DNA of 64,000 bases from Escherichia phage vB_EcoM_G2248, in the sequence record MK327932.1, one strand, 5' to 3'. Under the pieces are notes generated by a model that made no database searches, had not been told where the DNA came from, and saw only the letters and a list, made by a program, of their open reading frames with translations. Positions 53,439 through 61,323 of this stretch are shown here, one piece after another. A program made the translations under genes and the position numbers. Position 1 is the first letter of the stretch; each line of letters opens with the position of its first letter.

Positions 53439-54386
53439 TTAGAACTCACCAATTTTCTGCAACATTTTAACTAACGCATTTGTTACAAAATAGTTATAAA
53501 TTTTACCGCGTGGTGCTGGTTTAGACTTTTCCCATGACTCCAGAATCTGAGTCTGAATATCATCTGGGATGTAATCGAAATCAATAAGTTCGCGGTTTTC
53601 GTCAAAGCGTCGTGATTCTTCCTCTGTCATCAAAGACTTTGGATCTTCGGCATCGAAAATTTGCTCTAACCATTTGGTCGCAACTGGTTTAGCTCGCTCC
53701 CCTTCCAGTCGAGAGATAATAAAATCACTACGACATTTGACAGAGGCTACACCGTCTTTTGCGTCACCCTTAACACATTTTACCATAAGGTCTTTGTAAG
53801 GGCTACCATATTTGCATTTCTTCCATGCTTTCTGTACTGGCGCCCACTGTTTCACGTTTTTGTATTTGTGCAACTGTGTGTAGTCACCATCGCCGGAGTT
53901 GATCAGTACCTGGCGACCTTCTACAGAAAACTTTTTAGTTAATACAGCGATTATATCATCTGCTTCAACTTTGTCAACCTTAATAACGTGATAAGGCATG
54001 TTCTCTTTAAACTCTTCGGTGATCTTATTGATCGCAGCAAAGATCATCTCCCAATCACGCGGATCTGCGTCTCGTTTTTCCTTACGGTTGCGTTTATAGT
54101 AAGGGGCGATATCACGTCGCCAGTAACCTTTGCTTGAATCAAAAGCAAGTACCGTAATAGGGTATTGCTCTTTGAATTTTGTCATATTATAACGCATGGT
54201 GTCAAGAATAAGATGACGGATCATACCTTCACTAATAAGGTCTTCCGGTTTAAAGGTATGCGAGATAGTAGCAATCATAAGCTGAGACATATCAATCAAA
54301 TGCACACCTTCCGGCAGTTTATCTTCTGGATCATCGAAGAAATCATTAAGTGTAGCGGTAGTTTTTGTAAACGGGTTATACGTCAT
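53439..54386 (-). CDS. rnh: RNase H (5'-3' exonuclease, FEN family)
   Basis: Aligns with T4 RNase H (GYWRRD.A.YYK.NR, DDIIAVL.KKFS.EG, VKQWAP, PRGKIY.YFV). Confidence 0.85.
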   Translation of the reverse strand: MTYNPFTKTTATLNDFFDDPEDKLPEGVHLIDMSQLMIATISHTFKPEDLISEGMIRHLILDTMRYNMTKFKEQYPITVLAFDSSKGYWRRDIAPYYKRNRKEKRDADPRDWEMIFAAINKITEEFKENMPYHVIKVDKVEADDIIAVLTKKFSVEGRQVLINSGDGDYTQLHKYKNVKQWAPVQKAWKKCKYGSPYKDLMVKCVKGDAKDGVASVKCRSDFIISRLEGERAKPVATKWLEQIFDAEDPKSLMTEEESRRFDENRELIDFDYIPDDIQTQILESWEKSKPAPRGKIYNYFVTNALVKMLQKIGEF

Positions 54387-54388
54387 AA

Positions 54389-54574
54389 TTAAGTTCTCTC
54401 CACTCTCACAACAACAGTCTCATCAAACGAGTTAGATACTTCACGATCATACCCGTATTTCTCCATAACACGCAGAATTGCATTGTTTAGTTCTGCGCGA
54501 AAATAATTGTAATCCTTATCAGGGATTCTGTCAACTACCCATTTTGCACCGTCTGACAAATCAACTTTAACCAT
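54389..54574 (-). CDS. Small hypothetical protein (61 aa)
   Basis: ORF upstream of rnh with start/stop overlap. Confidence 0.4.
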   Translation of the reverse strand: MVKVDLSDGAKWVVDRIPDKDYNYFRAELNNAILRVMEKYGYDREVSNSFDETVVVRVERT

Positions 54575-54612
54575 AATATATCATCCTCTTTTGTTTCTAT
54601 CAAGCCTCATTT

Positions 54613-54620
54613 TATAAATA
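54613..54620 (+). promoter_or_regulatory. T4-type late promoter (TATAAATA) for gene 34
   Basis: Exact TATAAATA about 29 nt upstream of the gp34 ATG. Confidence 0.6.
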
Positions 54621-54648
54621 TGAACATACTATAAAAGGAGACCCAATA

Positions 54649-57600
54649 ATGGCAGATTTTTCTCAACATTTCAAGGCCACATTTGGCTTTGATGCTGGTA
54701 ATGAAAAGGTCGTCAATGTAGCATTGGCTGATAAGAATGTCAACACCGATGCGGTCAACGTTGAATTTTTCAATTACCATAATGGTATTACTCAGTATGA
54801 CACAACTCGCGGTTATGATCAATACGGAACTACAATCCATCAAAACCGTCCGTATTATGCAAAAGAAGATATCACAAAGCCAGCAGGTGACTTTGACCCG
54901 ACTAAATGGCAAGCACTGCGCACGGACCCACGTTGGGATTATGTTGCAGCAACTTCCGGCGATACTCCTTTAAAGTCCGGTGATTATATCGCAGCGGACT
55001 GTCAGTTTGCAAACTTAACATTCTCAATGCCTACTAATCCGGCAGAGGGCGACACTATAACAGTGAAAGATATCGGTGGCAAGTGCGGTGTTAATGAGTT
55101 ATCGTTCCTTGCGGCTGGTCATGAGTTCTATCATAACGGTGTGGTAAACAACCGCAAATGGTACTGTACTACCCCTTATGCAATGAACTACTTCATTTTT
55201 GTTCGCAATCGCTGGCACGTTTACCAGACGGGAACAGAGCCGCGCGGGGTATATGCACAGCCGTCTATTGATCCGATTCAGATGCAAAACGGTGATCAGG
55301 TATTCCGTCGTAGTTCTTTAGGTAACATCGTTTTGATGCTTCCTAAATTTGCTAATAACGGTGATATGATTCAGACTACCGACCTTGACGGATTGACTGC
55401 AACCAACCATGTTACGGTAAAAGTGCATGAAGGTGCGCAAGAACAATCAATCGGTACTTTCGGGTTAAAAGAAATTGTTGGTAAGCGTAGCGGTCACGGC
55501 GTATTCATCTTTGACAAGCCGGAAAACTTATGGCGTGTGTGGGATGGTGATCAGTCAGTTCGCTTGAATCCAATCATTGATGATACTCGCTTATCCCCCA
55601 ATAGCTATGTTGCTGTATTTGGTGATCATGATGTTACTCTGACATTACCGACTAACGTAGAGCCTGGCGATCGTATCCAAGTTTCTATGCAGTATATGCA
55701 CGGAAACCAGACCTGCCGAATCATTACCGCCGCAGAAGATACAAAAATTCTTATGCAGAAAAACATGGTTCAGTTTCCTAAGCGTAGCGAGTACCCATTC
55801 AATGGGACCGATACATGGACGGAAGTGTCTGAATTGTCTTTCAACGCTGCAAATGATTATGTACCTTATCTGGAGTTCTCTTATTCAGAAGGTGATGATG
55901 GTAAGAAACACTGGTTGGTGGCACATGCTCACCCGATTGTAGAACGAGTAGATCCGACTCGTAAAGATCGTGTTGGTGTAATTGCACTGGCTACCCAGGA
56001 TGAAACAAACAAAAACCATGAAGATAATCCTAGCGACGAAGTTGCGGTGACTCCAAAGGTTCTGGCTAACAAAACAGCCAACGAGACTCGACGCGGTATT
56101 GCTCGCATTGCGACTCAAGCGGAAACGCATCAAGATACTGGTTCCAGCTTCCTGGATGATGTTATCGTTACACCTAAAAAGTTAAATGACTGTGTTGCTA
56201 CCGAAGCCCGTCGTGGTGTGATGGAAATTGCAACTCAGCATGAAACCAACGAAGGTTTAGACGATACTCGCGCAATCACTCCTAAGAAGTTAGAAGAACG
56301 TCGCGCGTCCGAGGATCTTGCTGGTATCGCTGAAATTGTTCAGGTAGGCGGTAATGCTGCCGCTCGAAGGGGTGAAGCTGGCACGGGGATCTATAACATC
56401 AACGACCACGCTAAAATCGTTACTCCGCAAAACATCAACGAAGTTAAAGCTACTGAAACTTCTCGTGGTGTTGGGTATCTGGCAACTGACGCGGAAGTGC
56501 AAGGGGCTACTGAATCAACCCCGCAAGATGCATTGCTGATCACTACTCGCACGTTAACTAAGCGTATTGCTACCGAATCACGTACTGGTATCGCTGAAAT
56601 TGCAACTCAGGAAGAAACAAACTTAGGTCAAAGTGATAACCATATCATCACGCCTAAAAAGCTACATACTCGCCGTGCAACTGAAACTTTACACGGTTTA
56701 GCAGAAATTGCAACTCAACCGGAGTTTGACGCAGGTCGTGACGATGCTCGCATTTCTACCCCATTGAAGATTAAAACCTTCTTTGAGAATGCACAGCGTT
56801 TGAAAGTAGATCCGACTCAGGGGCTTAACCTTACTGGTGACTTGTGGCAGGGTATCATGATCAGCGGTCTTGATGCAACCGAAGATACAAAAGGTGTCGC
56901 GAAAGTTGCAACTACTCAGCTTACGGACGCAGGAGAAGATGACGCTACGATCATTACTCCTAAAAAGCTGCAAGGCAAAAAGGCCACCGAAGGTAAAGAA
57001 GGTATTATCCGAGTTGGTACTCAAGCCGAAACCGTCGCTGGTACTATGGACAATGTAGCAATTTCGCCTAAAAACTTCAAGTATGTTGCGCAGACAGAAG
57101 AGTCATGGCAAGCAACGGAAGCCCGTCGCGGATTCCTGAAAGTAGCAACACAAGAAAACTGTTTTGTTGGTGACAATCTGCAAGGTTCTACTCAAGATCT
57201 CGATAACTATCAGCATGATGGGATTGCAGTAACTCCGAAAGGATTAAACTACGCACTTGCTAATTTCTTACCTAAGATGGCAACAGCCCAGAATAGTTTG
57301 AAATTGGGTAACGTAGAGGCCGCTAAATGGGCGCGTAGAGACATTGATCAGACCATCGAGAGCAATTACACGTTTAATAAAAACGTCAACGTGAAGGGCG
57401 ATTTAGAGTGCTTAAAATCAGGTTCCTTTGAAACTCTGTATGTGACTAAAAACTCTACTGACGATCCAAGTAATGGTCATCTGGTATTGGGTGAGCGTGG
57501 AGTTGATGGTCACACCGGAATTACATTGCATGGTACTACCCTGTCAGAAGGTATGGAAAACTCATGGTCTATTATCGTTGGTGGTACTGGTACGGCGCAA

Positions 57601-58389
57601 GTAGTTGATAGTGATGCTATCGCTTTCGGTAAGATTAACGATTCTGGGTTTGTTGAGCATTACGCCTTTGCTATGGAACATAATGGCGACGCGGCAGCAT
57701 ATAGAGACTTTATCGCAGGTCGTAACCTGTATGCGAAACAAGGCGGTTTATACATTGTTGATCAGTCTAATCCGGCAATGACTCGCTCAGAAGATGGTAT
57801 GTTGAATATCGGTCACGGTGGAAGTGTTAACATCAAAGCAGGTTATCAGACGCTTACTACAGAGATTGCCGGGCAGAAATATCAGATCGTCCACGCAGGA
57901 AACGCAGACGAAGTTCTTAATCGTCAGTTTGTTAAGAATGCTGGCGATACAATGACTGGTAAATTGATTATGGATAATGCGTCTATTGTATCAGTTAAGC
58001 ATGAAGCGATCGCTACTACTGCACCAGCAATTGGTAACATTGGCTTCTGGAACATGCGAGTAACTACCCAAAACATCAAAGAAACCTACCCAGAAAAGAA
58101 AAATGGTACATTGATGCAATGGGGTACTGATGAAAACGGCCTTACCCAAATCTGGTCGCCTGATGGTACTCATAAGCATTATATCCGTTCCGGTACAGAT
58201 GGTCAATGGACCGCATGGGGCGAAATTTACACCAAACAGAACAAGCCTACCGCTCAGGAAATAGGGGCAGTGGTTGCCGAAGGTGGTTTGATGAACTCTA
58301 TGACGGTTCGTGACTGGATCAAGGTTGGTAATGTTAAAATTATTGCCAATAATCTGACTCGTACCGTAGATTTTATCTGGGAAGACTAA
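54649..58389 (+). CDS. 34: Long tail fibre proximal subunit gp34
   Basis: 1246 aa (T4 gp34 is 1289 aa); N-terminus aligns with T4 gp34 (INVALAD..V.TD.VNV, QYD.TRGY, KPAG.F, W.ALRTD, GDTI...DIGGK.GVN). Confidence 0.85.
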   Translation: MADFSQHFKATFGFDAGNEKVVNVALADKNVNTDAVNVEFFNYHNGITQYDTTRGYDQYGTTIHQNRPYYAKEDITKPAGDFDPTKWQALRTDPRWDYVAATSGDTPLKSGDYIAADCQFANLTFSMPTNPAEGDTITVKDIGGKCGVNELSFLAAGHEFYHNGVVNNRKWYCTTPYAMNYFIFVRNRWHVYQTGTEPRGVYAQPSIDPIQMQNGDQVFRRSSLGNIVLMLPKFANNGDMIQTTDLDGLTATNHVTVKVHEGAQEQSIGTFGLKEIVGKRSGHGVFIFDKPENLWRVWDGDQSVRLNPIIDDTRLSPNSYVAVFGDHDVTLTLPTNVEPGDRIQVSMQYMHGNQTCRIITAAEDTKILMQKNMVQFPKRSEYPFNGTDTWTEVSELSFNAANDYVPYLEFSYSEGDDGKKHWLVAHAHPIVERVDPTRKDRVGVIALATQDETNKNHEDNPSDEVAVTPKVLANKTANETRRGIARIATQAETHQDTGSSFLDDVIVTPKKLNDCVATEARRGVMEIATQHETNEGLDDTRAITPKKLEERRASEDLAGIAEIVQVGGNAAARRGEAGTGIYNINDHAKIVTPQNINEVKATETSRGVGYLATDAEVQGATESTPQDALLITTRTLTKRIATESRTGIAEIATQEETNLGQSDNHIITPKKLHTRRATETLHGLAEIATQPEFDAGRDDARISTPLKIKTFFENAQRLKVDPTQGLNLTGDLWQGIMISGLDATEDTKGVAKVATTQLTDAGEDDATIITPKKLQGKKATEGKEGIIRVGTQAETVAGTMDNVAISPKNFKYVAQTEESWQATEARRGFLKVATQENCFVGDNLQGSTQDLDNYQHDGIAVTPKGLNYALANFLPKMATAQNSLKLGNVEAAKWARRDIDQTIESNYTFNKNVNVKGDLECLKSGSFETLYVTKNSTDDPSNGHLVLGERGVDGHTGITLHGTTLSEGMENSWSIIVGGTGTAQVVDSDAIAFGKINDSGFVEHYAFAMEHNGDAAAYRDFIAGRNLYAKQGGLYIVDQSNPAMTRSEDGMLNIGHGGSVNIKAGYQTLTTEIAGQKYQIVHAGNADEVLNRQFVKNAGDTMTGKLIMDNASIVSVKHEAIATTAPAIGNIGFWNMRVTTQNIKETYPEKKNGTLMQWGTDENGLTQIWSPDGTHKHYIRSGTDGQWTAWGEIYTKQNKPTAQEIGAVVAEGGLMNSMTVRDWIKVGNVKIIANNLTRTVDFIWED

Positions 58390-58423
58390 TTAAAAGGGGG
58401 CGAAAGCCCCCTATGGGGTTATT

Positions 58424-59563
58424 ATGACACAAGAGATAGAATTACGCAATACTGGAATTAAGTTTGCGCATTTCGACGAAGACTCCGCGACATTTACAAG
58501 CATTTCAGAAAACAACTCTGTGATGTATAAGCTGGAAGTGCGCGGATCTAATGCGGATTCTTCCAAACCAGCAAGGATTAGATTTAATGGAGTGGAGATC
58601 GTCGGGACTGGCTATGAGACTGGCCTAAACTTTAAAGTTCTTACTCCAACTGGACAATTGCACGAAGAAAAGGTATTCTATGGTCGTGGTGCTGTATTGG
58701 CAATGCGTGATTATCTTTCTTTACTGAAAGGGGATTATATTATCGCAATGGCATCACATGGAGAACTATTTGCAGATGTTGTAAGTGATGGCATATTTGC
58801 TAAGTTAGGATCTGTGTCTTTCCCTAATTATATTCTATTACAGCAAATGCCTCGTGTATCGTATGCAGCAATTTACTCTACTAAAATGGGTAAAATTGTT
58901 TGTGAAGGCATGCAAGCAACTCACGGAGAAGGGCAAGATTCATCTATACAGATTGAGAAAGTCTATGATACTATAGGTGATCTTGCAATTACAGGAACAC
59001 CACAACGATTTTTAGATTATCCGGTCGAGTATGTTAGCGAAGATGCCGAACATTTCGAGCTAATACAATGGCCTCATGATGAGATCAGCGCACCACTTGA
59101 AGATTTTAACATCAAGGCAGGTGACAAACTATCAATATCTTTTGAATTGTTCCGTGATAGTGCCGCAGCCGCAGCCAACGTAACAGCGCGATTCTTCCAT
59201 AACTATTTTATGGAGGGGCAATATAAAACTGGCGTTCGCTACAATGCCAGCCAGAAAGATCAATGGGAAAAATTCGAAGCTGTTTATACTGTACCGGAAG
59301 GTGTCGATAGTGTAGTAACTGGTTGTATCAGATATCCAACCAACTCCAATGAAGGTGTTGTTAAGGTTAGAAACATCCTGATTACTCCTATAAGCGGTGT
59401 CGTCAAAACTACCGGACCTACTTCCTTTGGTGTTAACGGTATTAGAACAACTCACATTCAGGATAACGGCAATTTCGATAACCCTGTTATGAGTCTTCTT
59501 AAACTACCTAGAGATAATAAACATATCACGTCAAACAACTTTAAAGAGTTTGATGTTGATTAA
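58424..59563 (+). CDS. 35: Long tail fibre hinge protein gp35
   Basis: 379 aa (T4 gp35 is 372 aa); position after gene 34. Confidence 0.7.
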   Translation: MTQEIELRNTGIKFAHFDEDSATFTSISENNSVMYKLEVRGSNADSSKPARIRFNGVEIVGTGYETGLNFKVLTPTGQLHEEKVFYGRGAVLAMRDYLSLLKGDYIIAMASHGELFADVVSDGIFAKLGSVSFPNYILLQQMPRVSYAAIYSTKMGKIVCEGMQATHGEGQDSSIQIEKVYDTIGDLAITGTPQRFLDYPVEYVSEDAEHFELIQWPHDEISAPLEDFNIKAGDKLSISFELFRDSAAAAANVTARFFHNYFMEGQYKTGVRYNASQKDQWEKFEAVYTVPEGVDSVVTGCIRYPTNSNEGVVKVRNILITPISGVVKTTGPTSFGVNGIRTTHIQDNGNFDNPVMSLLKLPRDNKHITSNNFKEFDVD

Positions 59564-59573
59564 CATTTTTAAC

Positions 59574-59612
59574 AAGCCGATCCTCGTGGTCGGCTTTATT
59601 TTTATGCAGTTG
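59574..59612 (+). terminator. Rho-independent terminator after gene 35
   Basis: GCCGATCC-TCGT-GGTCGGC followed by TTTATTTTT. Confidence 0.6.
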
Positions 59613-59724
59613 GTTAAAACATAACCAAAACGAAGAAAGATCTTTAGAATAATAGAAAATTTGTTTCGGTTAAAAAATAATCAGTGCCTACGGCACGTCG
59701 CGAAGCGATATTTTGTTAACATTC

Positions 59725-59732
59725 TATAAATA
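59725..59732 (+). promoter_or_regulatory. T4-type late promoter (TATAAATA) for gene 36
   Basis: Exact TATAAATA about 34 nt upstream of the gp36 ATG. Confidence 0.6.
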
Positions 59733-59765
59733 CTCGGAACTATAACTAATTTTTGAGGTTACTTT

Positions 59766-61256
59766 ATGGCAGATTTGAAACATGGATCTACTGTAGGCGG
59801 ATCTCCCATTTGGACGCAAGGAAACTTGACGATCCAGCCAGCGGGGGACCAGCTTTTCTATAAAGGTCATAAAATCTATACTGCGTTTGACAAGCCAACG
59901 GCGGAAGATTCTGATTCCGTCAGTGCAACCGAAGGTGGTACATTTCAGAAACTGGTCCATTTTGAGGAAGGTTTAAGCGTAGGTAGCGCATCCGGTGGAG
60001 AAACCAAAAAGAACGGGATCTTTAAAGGCAAGAGTGATGCTGCTAACTTTGATGGTGTAAGTTGGGGTTTGCATTCGTGGAAATCCATCGGTTTTGTTAA
60101 TGCTCGTGATGATGTTATCATGGCTTATATTGACACTACCACAGGTGATTTTAAAACTAAAGGGACCATCGAAGGGACAACCATTAAAGACACTGGTCAA
60201 CGCGTCTATAGCCCTGTTAATAAGCCGACGAATAATGATTTAGATTTGGTGTCTCGTCGCGGTGATACTCTCACAGGAACATATAACTTAAACACTGTCA
60301 CTGTTAAACTATCGGTTGATTCGAAATTAATTGCAAGGGGACGTGATTTAATTAATTTTGATGCGACTAAGATCTATTATGGTAACGTTCTTGATACGTT
60401 GGTATTCCGTAGCAAAGATGAGCCTACCATTTTTGTTAATGGCAAAGAAGGTCGTTTTTATCACACCAACAATAAACCAACTAAAGCCGATGTTGGACTA
60501 GGTAATGTCACCAATGATGCACAGGTTAAACGTGCTGGTGATATTATGGAAGGTAACTTGCAAGCGCCTAGAATGTTGGCGACAAACGATCCTGCTGGTC
60601 CGAATGAATTGGTTCGTTTGAGCTACTTTGAGAAAAAATCAATGGTAGCAAATCCAACAATCATTGGAAACGTTGATTGGAACACTCTTATTAATCGCGG
60701 TATCTATCGTGTGGAAAATGCTGGATCAGGTACTAATAAACCGTCTGATAGCTATTATAACGGCGTTTTGATGGTATATCGCCCAGAAGATGCGGTCGGT
60801 ACTCGTCGAATTGTTCAGGTATACTATCCTGAATCTATTGATCATCCGATGTGTTGGCGTTCTTGTTCTAATGAATCATGGACCGCATGGAACTATGTAG
60901 ATCACCGTAAATTGGCTGATGCTCGCTATGTTAATGTGACTGGCGATACCATGACGGGTGCTTTGACAGTTCCCGCTGCAAACGGCGTTCGTACAGCAAA
61001 AGCCAACTATAATGGTGATAATTGCTACGCTGGACTTAATAGCTTAGATGGTACAGCAATGATTCATCGTGTTAGCGATATTAAAGCGCACGAGAAACTA
61101 GGCATCACACATGATTCTAAAATTATTTTCGTTAAATCCCGTGACAATACTCAGGACACCGATACATTTGAATTATACCACGAAGGACACAAACCAACTC
61201 CTGATGATGTTGGTGCTGTTCCGCTTAATGCGGTAATTGATTTTGGTACTTTCTAA
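59766..61256 (+). CDS. 36: Long tail fibre distal connector gp36 (extended, 496 aa)
   Basis: N-terminus aligns with T4 gp36 (MADLK.GST.GGS.IW.QGN...PAGD...YK..KIY); more than twice the T4 length (221 aa). Confidence 0.75.
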   Translation: MADLKHGSTVGGSPIWTQGNLTIQPAGDQLFYKGHKIYTAFDKPTAEDSDSVSATEGGTFQKLVHFEEGLSVGSASGGETKKNGIFKGKSDAANFDGVSWGLHSWKSIGFVNARDDVIMAYIDTTTGDFKTKGTIEGTTIKDTGQRVYSPVNKPTNNDLDLVSRRGDTLTGTYNLNTVTVKLSVDSKLIARGRDLINFDATKIYYGNVLDTLVFRSKDEPTIFVNGKEGRFYHTNNKPTKADVGLGNVTNDAQVKRAGDIMEGNLQAPRMLATNDPAGPNELVRLSYFEKKSMVANPTIIGNVDWNTLINRGIYRVENAGSGTNKPSDSYYNGVLMVYRPEDAVGTRRIVQVYYPESIDHPMCWRSCSNESWTAWNYVDHRKLADARYVNVTGDTMTGALTVPAANGVRTAKANYNGDNCYAGLNSLDGTAMIHRVSDIKAHEKLGITHDSKIIFVKSRDNTQDTDTFELYHEGHKPTPDDVGAVPLNAVIDFGTF

Positions 61257-61258
61257 TT

Positions 61259-61285
61259 CTAGCGGGGATAATCCCCGCTTTTCTA
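61259..61285 (+). terminator. Hairpin after gene 36
   Basis: GCGGGGATAATCCCCGC followed by TTTTCT. Confidence 0.5.
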
Positions 61286-61323
61286 AATAATATTATTCTA
61301 ATAACCGTTAAGGATTTTATAAA

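Noticed and set aside
54649-58389. Minus-strand ORFs within gene 34 (e.g. 55099..55287, 55885..56133, 56698..57024, 57991..58206) and within gene 37 (62164..62355, 62482..62664, 63316..63576)
   Set aside because: They are short antisense frames inside long, well-supported tail-fibre genes and have no independent signals.
61286-61323. Late promoter upstream of gene 37
   Set aside because: The closest match is TATAAAAT rather than TATAAATA. Gene 37 may be transcribed by readthrough from gene 36, so no promoter was called.
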